Below are positions 38,241 through 47,179 of a stretch of DNA of 64,000 nucleotides, one piece after another. The notes below the pieces were generated by a model. It was given only the letters and a program-made list of their open reading frames with translations. It did no database searches and was not told the DNA's origin. The stretch spans positions 233,259 to 297,258 of IMG/VR virus record IMGVR_UViG_3300023184_000026; one strand, written 5' to 3'. How positions within the stretch are numbered: the stretch's first letter is position 1; every line of letters begins with the position of its first letter. The position numbers were made by a program, and so were the translations under genes.

Positions 38241-40202
38241 ATGGCAAACACAAAAGATTTATTTGGTAGACTGAAGAAAATGTTCAGCACGGACGTTATC
38301 GTTCGTAATGTGGGTGGCAAGAAGCTTAAGATAATAGATACCGATGAAATTCAGTATGCAACGGATAGGAATAGTTTGCGTGATCGTTTTAATAGATTAA
38401 GAAGCAGTACATACAATTTGCATAATCGCGATATGTCTATGGCATATCAAGCAAGTCGTTTGGAACTGTTCAGAGATTATGATGTTATGGACATGGACCC
38501 AATCATTGCCTCTGCATTGGACATTTACTCAGATGAGTGCCTCGTCCCGTCAGAATATGGCAAAGTTCTCACCATTAAATCTAATAATGAAAATATTAAA
38601 AAGATTTTAGAAAATTTGTTTTATGATATTTTGAATGTTGAATTCAACATGTGGAGTTGGACAAGAAACATGTGTAAGTATGGAGATTTTTTCTTGAGGT
38701 TGGAAATATCACCAGAATATGGTGTATTTCTTGTACATCCAATCAGTCCATATGAATTGACTCGCATTGAAGGTAGCGATCCAAAAAATCTAAACTATGT
38801 CAAATATCAACATGATGGTATGGGTGGTGGTATGGAATATGAAAACTTTGAAATTGCTCATTTTAGATTATTGAGCGATAGTAATTTCTTACCATATGGT
38901 AAGAGTATGATTGAGCCAGCACGTCGTGTGTGGAAGCAATTGAGCCTCATGGAAGATGCCATGTTGATTCATCGTATCATGCGTGCGCCAGAAAAGCGTA
39001 TTTTTTCCATAGACGTAGGTAATATTCCACCGGCGGATATTGATGCCACGATGCAAAAAATAATGGGACAGGTAAAAAAGATGCCGTATATTGACGAGAG
39101 AACTGGAGATTATAATCTTCGTTTCAATTTAAACAACATGGTTGAAGATTTTTATCTACCGGTTCGTGGCAGCGACAGTGGAACAAAAATCGATACATTG
39201 CCAGGTATGGAATTTACTGGTATAGATGACTTGGAATATGTTCGTAATAAAATGATGGCGGCGCTAAAGATTCCAAAGGCGTTTCTGGGATATGAAGAAG
39301 GATTATCTGGCAAAGCCACGTTGGCTGCTGAAGATGTTCGATTCTCACGCACCATTGGTCGTATACAGCGCATTTTAGTTTCAGAACTTACTAAAATTGC
39401 CATTGTACATTTGTATGTACAAGGATATCAAGATTCATCGCTTGTTGATTTTGAACTAGAACTAAGTAATCCATCCACAATTTTTGAACAAGAAAAGTTG
39501 GAGATTTGGAAAAATAAAATTAATCTGTCCACGGACATGATGGAAAGTACCATGTTTAGTAGAAATTGGATATATGAAAATGTATTCAAACTGTCTGAGG
39601 ATGAGATTGAATATATCAAAAAAGATGTTGTGCAGGATAAAAAAGATATTTGGAGATTTAAACAAATTGAGGAAGAAGGAAGTGATCCAGCATTTGCCTC
39701 AAGTGAAGAAGGTGGTGGGGGTGACGGTGGAGATATGGGCGGTGGGGGTGGTGAACTTCCAGACCTCGGCGGTGGTGAAGACTCTGGTGGTGGAGGTGGA
39801 GACTCTGGCGGCGAAAACGCTGGTGGTGAAGAAGCCGGTGGTTTGCCACCTTTGGAAGAAGAAAAGAACGCAGATGAACCAGTTCTGGACGAAGAAACTC
39901 GCAAAGAGCGCGAACTCGGAATTCGTCCAAGTCAGGACGGAAAAAAAGAAGAATATAGTGACACATTCACAAAAACACGCGGCGAAGATATTCTTGGCAA
40001 CGGACAAAACAAAGAAAAGTCTAAATCTGATCGCAGAACGACTCATATATATAGAGGAGGCGCTTTGAGCATGGACGAAGATTTGAAACGTATAAAAAAG
40101 TCATTGATGGACAAGTATAATAATAAAAACAAGAAAATAATAACCGAAAAAAAATCTATTATGGATGAGTCTAATATAATTGATGATGATAAACCACTCT
40201 AA
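38241..40202 (+). CDS. gp20: Portal protein, T4 gp20-like, with acidic Gly-rich C-terminal tail
   Basis: YGKSMIEPARRVWKQLSLMEDAMLIHRIMRAPEKRIFSIDVGNIP; EDFYLPVRG..IDTLPG; LKIPKAFL. Confidence 0.95.
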   Translation: MANTKDLFGRLKKMFSTDVIVRNVGGKKLKIIDTDEIQYATDRNSLRDRFNRLRSSTYNLHNRDMSMAYQASRLELFRDYDVMDMDPIIASALDIYSDECLVPSEYGKVLTIKSNNENIKKILENLFYDILNVEFNMWSWTRNMCKYGDFFLRLEISPEYGVFLVHPISPYELTRIEGSDPKNLNYVKYQHDGMGGGMEYENFEIAHFRLLSDSNFLPYGKSMIEPARRVWKQLSLMEDAMLIHRIMRAPEKRIFSIDVGNIPPADIDATMQKIMGQVKKMPYIDERTGDYNLRFNLNNMVEDFYLPVRGSDSGTKIDTLPGMEFTGIDDLEYVRNKMMAALKIPKAFLGYEEGLSGKATLAAEDVRFSRTIGRIQRILVSELTKIAIVHLYVQGYQDSSLVDFELELSNPSTIFEQEKLEIWKNKINLSTDMMESTMFSRNWIYENVFKLSEDEIEYIKKDVVQDKKDIWRFKQIEEEGSDPAFASSEEGGGGDGGDMGGGGGELPDLGGGEDSGGGGGDSGGENAGGEEAGGLPPLEEEKNADEPVLDEETRKERELGIRPSQDGKKEEYSDTFTKTRGEDILGNGQNKEKSKSDRRTTHIYRGGALSMDEDLKRIKKSLMDKYNNKNKKIITEKKSIMDESNIIDDDKPL

Positions 40203-40229
40203 AATATGAGTTTTTATTACCCACACACA

Positions 40230-40237
40230 TATTTATA
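40230..40237 (+). promoter_or_regulatory. TATTTATA putative late-promoter motif
   Basis: 14 nt before ATG 40252; part of the palindrome TATTTATAAATA. Confidence 0.55.
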
Positions 40238-40251
40238 AATAATAAAACCGT

Positions 40252-41127
40252 ATGAAGAAGCTGAAACACTCTAAGTATAAGAATGCCGGAATACTATTTG
40301 AACTGTTGGTGCGTCAAGTAACCGCCGACATTCTTAACGGTCAGGGGGATTCAAAAGCCAACGCAATATTGCGTGATTATTTTTCAGAATCTACTGAACT
40401 TGGTAGAGAAAATAGATTATATCGCATAATCATGGAAGATAAGACCAAGGATCAAACTTCCGCTGATAGATTGCTTGAACAAATTATTCGCACTCGCAAA
40501 AAATTGGATGAACGCGCATTAAATTTACAAAAGTATAATTTGATAAAAGAAATTCGTGAAAACTATCCATTGGATGATTTTCTCAAAGGTAGTATTTCAA
40601 ACTATAAATTGCTTGCTAGTATTTATAAAGTATTTGAAGAAAGTGTAAATTCGGTTGATTGTGATCCTCGTGAAATTTTTAAAGCACGCACATGTATTGT
40701 AGAAAGCATTGCCGCACCAAAAACACCAACTCGTTTGGTTAGTGAAGATGAAAAGAAAGATTTGGTCAAAGTATATCAGCAACAAAATGAAGATGTTCGT
40801 TTGCTTGCTTATAAATTGCTTGTTGATTCATTCAATGAAAAATATAAAGGATTGGATGAAAAGCAAAAAATTCTTATTCGCGAATATATCAATAATATCA
40901 GCAACACAAACTCGTTGCGTCAATATATCAACAATGAAGTTCCTTTGGTTCGCAAAGAAATCAATGAACTCAAATCATATGTGAACAATGATGTTGTTCG
41001 CATCAAATTGGATGAAACATTGAATCAATTGGACAAGATATCCAAGGGTACATTGGTCAAAGAAAATCAAATCATGGCTCTCATGTTGAGTTATGAACTT
41101 GTAAAAGAACTAAAAAACCTAAAGTAA
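40252..41127 (+). CDS. Hypothetical helical head-morphogenesis protein
   Basis: 291 aa, immediately downstream of portal; TATTTATA upstream. Confidence 0.6.
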   Translation: MKKLKHSKYKNAGILFELLVRQVTADILNGQGDSKANAILRDYFSESTELGRENRLYRIIMEDKTKDQTSADRLLEQIIRTRKKLDERALNLQKYNLIKEIRENYPLDDFLKGSISNYKLLASIYKVFEESVNSVDCDPREIFKARTCIVESIAAPKTPTRLVSEDEKKDLVKVYQQQNEDVRLLAYKLLVDSFNEKYKGLDEKQKILIREYINNISNTNSLRQYINNEVPLVRKEINELKSYVNNDVVRIKLDETLNQLDKISKGTLVKENQIMALMLSYELVKELKNLK

Positions 41128-41128
41128 T

Positions 41129-41440
41129 ATGACAAAATCACAACTAAAACAACTAATCAGAGAAACAATAAATGATTATGAATCCACACAGCCACAAAAG
41201 GTTGTTGGAAAATACATCTATTTTGTTGATTCTAAAGAGTTGTATAGTTTAAAGCCGTATAAACTTGTCAAAGATGGTGGATGCGATATATCTCTGTCAA
41301 ATAATTGGACAAAAGCAACAGTGATGCAAGGACAAGATGTTAGAGATATGGGAATCGACAGCGTTACAGACATATCGGCTTGGTATATTGTAAACAATGC
41401 TCCATCAGATCATGCATATACTGCATATATTGGAAAATAA
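41129..41440 (+). CDS. Small protein with putative capsid-targeting leader
   Basis: MTKSQLKQLIRETIND N-terminus; in the head operon. Confidence 0.6.
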   Translation: MTKSQLKQLIRETINDYESTQPQKVVGKYIYFVDSKELYSLKPYKLVKDGGCDISLSNNWTKATVMQGQDVRDMGIDSVTDISAWYIVNNAPSDHAYTAYIGK

Positions 41441-41443
41441 AAA

Positions 41444-41935
41444 ATGAACGACACCAAGCAAATCATCCGTGAATTAGTTGAAGAAGTCATTGAAGAAATG
41501 ACATCAACGGGTGCTGTTGCTGGTTATCAAACACCAGCAGCATTTCGTGGTCATAAAAGCAAAAAGAAATCAGCAGAACGTAGTATGCCAGGTGGCAAAG
41601 TTGTAGGCAAAGAAGACACAGATAATACAACAGTTGGCGAAGGTGAAACACTAACATTGCGTCGTGATATTGGTATTATGGAAGGTCGCAGCCGCTATCG
41701 TAATTTTAAAGATAGTGACATGATGAAAAATCATGCTAAAATTTCGTATGGTATCAATCAAGCAAAAAAAATGCTTGGTGAAGTTGAATATCTATTAAAC
41801 ATCTGTGAACGTCTCAAGACCGAAGCAGATGTTCCAGCCACAAGTTTGTGGGCACGTACTCAACCAGACATGAAAGAAATTCATGGTCGATTGAAAGAAA
41901 TTGCCAAAAGAATCAACAGAATGGGAAAAAAATAA
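41444..41935 (+). CDS. Putative prohead core/internal protein
   Basis: MNDTKQIIRELVEEVIEE N-terminus; internal IME-GR site; in the head operon. Confidence 0.6.
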   Translation: MNDTKQIIRELVEEVIEEMTSTGAVAGYQTPAAFRGHKSKKKSAERSMPGGKVVGKEDTDNTTVGEGETLTLRRDIGIMEGRSRYRNFKDSDMMKNHAKISYGINQAKKMLGEVEYLLNICERLKTEADVPATSLWARTQPDMKEIHGRLKEIAKRINRMGKK

Positions 41936-41940
41936 AATTT

Positions 41941-42489
41941 ATGAATCTAACAGACATTGCTAAAAAGATTTTGAAAGAGGACAGCTGGGGGAACAAAACG
42001 TCCGATGCTGGTGGTATGTCACTTGGACGAACACCAACTGCCGTTCAACCACCACCGGCTCAAAGTGGAAATATTGTTGATATTTCTCAATCGTTCAGAA
42101 ACTTCAAACTTGAATTAGAAAAGCAAGAAGATGTCACTATCAAGAAGTTTACCGAACAACTCAAGAAACAATTTCTAAAAAAAATAGCTACCGTAAAAGC
42201 CTCCAAAGGCAGTATTGGTCAAATTGAGAAAGAATATACTATCACAGTCACCAACGTCGAGACTCGTTATATGAAAGATAAGTACTATGTAGTATTTGTC
42301 GGAAAAGAAGGCAATGCTGGCGAGTCTGAATATTATCTAGATGATTCACAAATTAAAGTAAATCCGGCAACATCGCAGACCTCTGCGGGGGCGCAACAGT
42401 CTGCACTGAAGAATGTTGGTGGCGTTATTCCAATGCAGCCAAGCAATCAACCGGTACAAACCGCAAAAAACATTCTTCCACAAGGATAA
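41941..42489 (+). CDS. Putative internal head protein
   Basis: Start placed at ATG 41941 (MNLTDIAKKILKE-DS) to avoid a long overlap with the upstream gene. Confidence 0.6.
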   Translation: MNLTDIAKKILKEDSWGNKTSDAGGMSLGRTPTAVQPPPAQSGNIVDISQSFRNFKLELEKQEDVTIKKFTEQLKKQFLKKIATVKASKGSIGQIEKEYTITVTNVETRYMKDKYYVVFVGKEGNAGESEYYLDDSQIKVNPATSQTSAGAQQSALKNVGGVIPMQPSNQPVQTAKNILPQG

Positions 42490-42494
42490 TACAC

Positions 42495-43121
42495 ATGAGC
42501 AAACAACTATTAGTAGATTTTATTCCATTTGACATCACTCCGCAGATGCTTACAGAAGCAAAAGCAAATACTGGTGGTCCATTGGTTCTCAAAGGTCCAT
42601 TACAAAAAGCCGGTGAAAAGAATCACAATGGTCGTGTATATCCACGCGAAGTATTGGAGCGTGAAGTTGAAAAATATCAACAAATCATCAAAGAACGTCG
42701 TGCTTTGGGTGAACTTGATCATCCAGAATCCAGTATCATCAATCTAAAGAATGTATGTCACAATGTTACAGAATGTCACTGGGAAGGTGATACTGTGGTT
42801 GGTACTATTGAAATTCTAACCACACCAAGTGGTAATATTGCAAGAGATTTGATTAAAAACAATATTCGCATTGGTATTAGCAGTCGCGGTTTGGGAAGTG
42901 TTCGCAATGTGAATGAAAATACTGTTGAAGTACAAGATGACTTTGAACTATTGTGTTTTGACCTTGTATCTTCACCAAGCACACGTGGTGCTTATATGAA
43001 TCTTGCCGAAGGCATAAATCGTGAAAAACAATTGATTGGTGGCAATCAAGATCGCAAAGACATCAACAAATATTTAAAAATTGAAAATATCATTCGTGAT
43101 ATATTATCAGAAACCCGTTAA
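42495..43121 (+). CDS. gp21: Prohead core protease, T4 gp21-like
   Basis: KNHNGRVYP, ALGELDHP (His), GISSRGLGS (Ser), FDLVSSPS (Asp). Confidence 0.93.
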   Translation: MSKQLLVDFIPFDITPQMLTEAKANTGGPLVLKGPLQKAGEKNHNGRVYPREVLEREVEKYQQIIKERRALGELDHPESSIINLKNVCHNVTECHWEGDTVVGTIEILTTPSGNIARDLIKNNIRIGISSRGLGSVRNVNENTVEVQDDFELLCFDLVSSPSTRGAYMNLAEGINREKQLIGGNQDRKDINKYLKIENIIRDILSETR

Positions 43122-43127
43122 AAAATT

Positions 43128-44255
43128 ATGAACGAAGCAACAATACCAAACGAAACAGAAATCAAGAAAATTGTGCAATATCTTGCTATAGAAGCCACCA
43201 AGTACCAAGATATGATTGGTCTTGATGCTGCACACGACATTGATATTTCTGGGCTAGAATCTGCAATTGAAGATTCCAACAACAAGAAGATTCTAAATTT
43301 TTGGAACAAATTGAGCAGCAAGCAGAAGAACGAAATACATGATATGGTGTCAACATATTTGTATAATAAAGCACTGAAAGCAGACCCAGATTATTATGGT
43401 GACGACCAACCAACTCCAGTAAATTACAAACTTTCATCAAAAACAACAACTCCAACCAAGGCTCCTGCTGGTGGTAATGAAGCCAAGTTGATAAAATCTC
43501 TTGCAAAAAAAGCAGAAGATTGGATGAACTATGTTGATGTAGATTCTCCAGAAAACATATCTTATGATGATTTCGAGGAATTTGTCATAAACGATCCAAA
43601 AAACAAAAAGCTTCAAGCATTTTGGAATTCAATGGGAAATAAAAAACAAGAAAATTTGTTCTATAAAGTAGTTGATGTTTTGGAAAAAAAATATGGAGAT
43701 GGCGATGACATGTATGAGGGTCGCAATCTTTCCAACATCGCAAAGAAGATGATCAAAGAAAATAAATCAACACCTCTTATGCTAAATGGCAAAGAAGTTG
43801 ATGAAAAATCAATTGAAATTGACGGAGTTGATCGTAGAGATTATCCAGATTTTTCTGATGCTTATATCTCTGCTGCAAATTATATGGACGGTACACCACT
43901 CAGCGATAAAGAAATTGAAGAGTTGGATGCTCAAAATAATGAATTGGTTCATGAAAAAATTCAAGACGATCAATTGTATATGCAAGAAGGTGAAGAAGAA
44001 AAACTTGGCAGTTCTGCATATGACAAAGAAGACAAAGAAGAAAGAGGGCAATACTCCAACAAACCAAAGATGGCTGGTATTACATTTTTCAATGTTCCGT
44101 CTGGTAAAGAATCAATTGCTACACAATATGGTTTGACTCAATTCAAGAGTGGCAAATGGGGAATCAAACATAAAATTGGTAGAGACTATACTAGTGCAGT
44201 TTCTGCGGCTGAAAGAATACTTGGTAAAGGTCGTTATTGGCAACCAAATAACTAA
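43128..44255 (+). CDS. Modular hypothetical protein with an internal ~70-aa duplication; putative internal head protein
   Basis: NKKILNFWNKLSSKQK vs NKKLQAFWNSMGNKKQ; internal MYE-G, IAKKMIKE-N and MQE-G sites; DYPDFSDAYI module. Confidence 0.6.
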   Translation: MNEATIPNETEIKKIVQYLAIEATKYQDMIGLDAAHDIDISGLESAIEDSNNKKILNFWNKLSSKQKNEIHDMVSTYLYNKALKADPDYYGDDQPTPVNYKLSSKTTTPTKAPAGGNEAKLIKSLAKKAEDWMNYVDVDSPENISYDDFEEFVINDPKNKKLQAFWNSMGNKKQENLFYKVVDVLEKKYGDGDDMYEGRNLSNIAKKMIKENKSTPLMLNGKEVDEKSIEIDGVDRRDYPDFSDAYISAANYMDGTPLSDKEIEELDAQNNELVHEKIQDDQLYMQEGEEEKLGSSAYDKEDKEERGQYSNKPKMAGITFFNVPSGKESIATQYGLTQFKSGKWGIKHKIGRDYTSAVSAAERILGKGRYWQPNN

Positions 44256-44275
44256 TTTTTATACCACCGCATATA

Positions 44276-44283
44276 TATTTATA
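44276..44283 (+). promoter_or_regulatory. TATTTATA putative late-promoter motif
   Basis: 5 nt before ATG 44289. Confidence 0.55.
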
Positions 44284-44288
44284 ACAAT

Positions 44289-45158
44289 ATGAGCAACAAA
44301 ATCACAAATCCATTTCTAAAACAACTTATCTCTGGTATATCTCAAAAAGCTACTCAAGGTCGTATAACAGGTGTTGACTGGAATATTCTTGAAGAAGCCA
44401 AGAAAAATAAAAAAGTTGCAAAGAAAACTTTGAAAAAAGAAAGTGATGAAAAAAAACCATCACAACAACCAGAAGACAGATATGAATGGGAAAATGATCC
44501 ATATCATTCAAGACAATTTGAAAAGTCTGATGTGTCTTGGAAAGAATATGACAAGAAAATGAATCCTGAAAGCTATCGTGTAAAAGAAGCAGATGAAAAA
44601 AAGAATCCAGAGGATGATGCTGGTAAAGAAGATGCTGGCGGATTACCACCACTGGGAGGCAAAGATGAAGCACCGGCTGGCGACCAAGATTCCAAAAAAT
44701 CTCTACCACCATTGAACAAAAAGTCCGGTGGAATTGAAAAAAAACCAAATCCTGTTGCAGAACCATCCGAGAAGCCAGTTGACGATACTTCCCCAGAAGA
44801 TGTTGAAAAAGCAAAGCAGGACGCAACAAAGGCAAAGGCCGAACTTGAAAAATCAAAAGCCGAAACTTCCGCCGCTGAAAAAGAGCTTAAAAAACATGGA
44901 TATATAAGACTTGCATCTCAAGGTGGAATAACATTTTTATTAAACAAACTTGTAGCACCGGCGGTTATGAAAAATACTCTTGATGCTCTTGTTCCAGAGA
45001 TGATGGCGGGGCTCAATATCAAAACAAAAAAAGATGTTGATGCATTCAAAGCAGACTCTGCGCTTCATATGACAGTTGATGGCATGCCAGAACTAATTGA
45101 AAAGATGGAATTATTGGCTGAAGAAACTCCCGAAAATACAGAAGAAGTTCCTGAATAA
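44289..45158 (+). CDS. Highly charged hypothetical protein (putative prohead core)
   Basis: Lys/Glu/Asp/Pro-rich centre; TATTTATA 5 nt upstream of the ATG. Confidence 0.6.
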   Translation: MSNKITNPFLKQLISGISQKATQGRITGVDWNILEEAKKNKKVAKKTLKKESDEKKPSQQPEDRYEWENDPYHSRQFEKSDVSWKEYDKKMNPESYRVKEADEKKNPEDDAGKEDAGGLPPLGGKDEAPAGDQDSKKSLPPLNKKSGGIEKKPNPVAEPSEKPVDDTSPEDVEKAKQDATKAKAELEKSKAETSAAEKELKKHGYIRLASQGGITFLLNKLVAPAVMKNTLDALVPEMMAGLNIKTKKDVDAFKADSALHMTVDGMPELIEKMELLAEETPENTEEVPE

Positions 45159-45167
45159 TATATAATT

Positions 45168-45617
45168 ATGAATACACTCAAACTCAAATATTTAATTGAA
45201 AGAATTGTTGACGAGCAATCAAATAGTGTTCATCAAGAAACCGAATGGAGTAATGAAGAGAAGAAAGTCGCACTTGAGGCTATTGGTCGATATAATGAAT
45301 ATGGTGGTCAACTTCGCCGCGAATATAATTTAATGGAAATTGCGCACACTCTGGCAAAAATTACAGAATCTGCTGAAAAATTTACTATGACCGAAACCGA
45401 GGACTGGTTTGATAAACGAACTGTTTCTGAAAATATGAAACAACTTCGCAAAGTTTCAGATGAATTTAATAAGTTGGCCAAAGATGCACATGTTATGCAG
45501 CAGCGCATGGAGTCTTTGTATGAAGATGCTGGGCATTTACTGGGTCGTTATTTTGAGATTAATGATCTCAATGAGGGACTTGCACCTGCAATTTCCAAAA
45601 TTAAAAAGGCTGAATAA
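45168..45617 (+). CDS. Helical hypothetical head protein
   Basis: MNTLKLKYLIERIVDE N-terminus; C-terminal LNE-G. Confidence 0.6.
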   Translation: MNTLKLKYLIERIVDEQSNSVHQETEWSNEEKKVALEAIGRYNEYGGQLRREYNLMEIAHTLAKITESAEKFTMTETEDWFDKRTVSENMKQLRKVSDEFNKLAKDAHVMQQRMESLYEDAGHLLGRYFEINDLNEGLAPAISKIKKAE

Positions 45618-45662
45618 ATTATAAAATAAGTAAATAATTTATATTTTTCGTACATATCTATA

Positions 45663-45670
45663 TATTTATT
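45663..45670 (+). promoter_or_regulatory. TATTTATT variant upstream of the scaffold-MCP operon
   Basis: 91 nt before ATG 45762, followed by hairpins. Confidence 0.45.
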
Positions 45671-45761
45671 TATTATAAAATGCGTCATTCTTTGATGCGA
45701 AGATAATAACAACCATCTTGAAACTCTAATAGTTTCATCAACCAAAAAGATAAAAACTATT

Positions 45762-47147
45762 ATGTCAGATCTATTAAAACAAGCTATCGCAGACGCAAAA
45801 GCGGTGCGTGCTACTGCCCTAGCCAATGCCAAAGCTGCATTGGAAGAAGCATTCACACCAAAAATACAAAGCATGCTGGCTGAAAAGCTAAAGCAAGAAA
45901 TTGAAGGGGACGAAGAAGCTCCCGAAACCACACAAGCCCCAGCACCGGAAGCTCCATTGCCAACCGACGATATGGGTGGCGAAGAAGTTCACGCCGATGC
46001 CGCGCAAGATATGGCTATGGCAGCGGGCGGCGCACCAGAAGGTCACGCCGATGCTGCTCAAGACGCAGCTATGGGTGCTCCAGTTGAAGAACCATCGGCT
46101 GAGATGTCGTCCACACCTGTTGGTGACGAAGCTGAATTGTCCGAACTGGAAGGCGAAATTGGCGAAGACGCTGGATATATGGCTGAAGGCGAAAAGGCTT
46201 CTGGTGATTACAAGAAGACCACCAAGGGTCACAATACCGAAGATCCGGGTAAAAATATGGTAAAGTCGGTTGGAACCGCAATCGGCGGAACCAAGGGTTC
46301 TTTATCAGCTACCAAGAAAAACGCAAAAGCGTCTTCAGACTACACCAAGACCACAACTGGTCACAAGACTGATGACCCACAAGGTCAAGGAAATGAAGTA
46401 TCCAAAGGTGGATATGACAATGACACAGCAGCCTTGAAGGAAAACGAAGAAGTTGATGAAGCTTCTTTAGATGAAATCCTAAAGGAATTGGAAGACGGCT
46501 TAAATAACGATAATGACATGCAAGAAATGCACGGTGTAGAAACCACAGAAGCCCACGAAACGGGGGCCGAAGAAGAAATTGACCTAAACGAACTTCTATC
46601 CGAAACGGACGACGATGACGATGACGAAGAAATCGAAGAAGGCAAACTTCCAAAAGGTCTGGCCGATTACCAAGCTAAGAAAGCTGGTAAATCAAAAGAC
46701 GACGATGAAGAAAAAGAAACCGTCAAAGAAAATATTTCGTTGAAAAAGGAACTAGCAGAATACCGTAGCGCAGTCGAATATCTACGGACCCAGATCAATG
46801 AAGTGAATCTGCTCAATGCAAAGCTTCTCTACACGAACAAATTGTTCAAACAGACTAGCCTAAACAATGCGCAGAAAATGAAAGTAATCGAAAGCTTTGA
46901 TCTCACGAAATCAATTCGTGAAGCAAAGCTTGTTTATGCTACACTGGCCGAATCATTTAATTTCGGTGGAAAAAAGACCGTACAAGCTGCTCCTGTAAAG
47001 AAGCAAATGTCTGGTACAGTCAAAACCATCACCGAAGGACTTGCCAGCAAACCAATTGCATCAACAAAGCCTACAAAACCAATAGTTCTTACAGAAGGTG
47101 CCGAAATGGCCAACCGCTTTAAGAAGTTGGCGGGTATTCGCAGTTAA
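45762..47147 (+). CDS. gp22: Prohead scaffold protein, T4 gp22-like
   Basis: Acidic low-complexity centre, C-terminal coiled coil (EVNLLNAKLLYTNKLFK), directly upstream of the MCP; many L/I-x-E sites. Confidence 0.8.
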   Translation: MSDLLKQAIADAKAVRATALANAKAALEEAFTPKIQSMLAEKLKQEIEGDEEAPETTQAPAPEAPLPTDDMGGEEVHADAAQDMAMAAGGAPEGHADAAQDAAMGAPVEEPSAEMSSTPVGDEAELSELEGEIGEDAGYMAEGEKASGDYKKTTKGHNTEDPGKNMVKSVGTAIGGTKGSLSATKKNAKASSDYTKTTTGHKTDDPQGQGNEVSKGGYDNDTAALKENEEVDEASLDEILKELEDGLNNDNDMQEMHGVETTEAHETGAEEEIDLNELLSETDDDDDDEEIEEGKLPKGLADYQAKKAGKSKDDDEEKETVKENISLKKELAEYRSAVEYLRTQINEVNLLNAKLLYTNKLFKQTSLNNAQKMKVIESFDLTKSIREAKLVYATLAESFNFGGKKTVQAAPVKKQMSGTVKTITEGLASKPIASTKPTKPIVLTEGAEMANRFKKLAGIRS

Positions 47148-47179
47148 AAAATCAACAACAAAAATTACAGGATAATATT

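Noticed and set aside
39428-40068. Several overlapping ORFs over the portal 3' end (e.g. Pro/Ser-rich minus-strand 39428-39904)
   Set aside because: Antisense or frame-shifted read-through of the GGT/GAA-rich low-complexity tail
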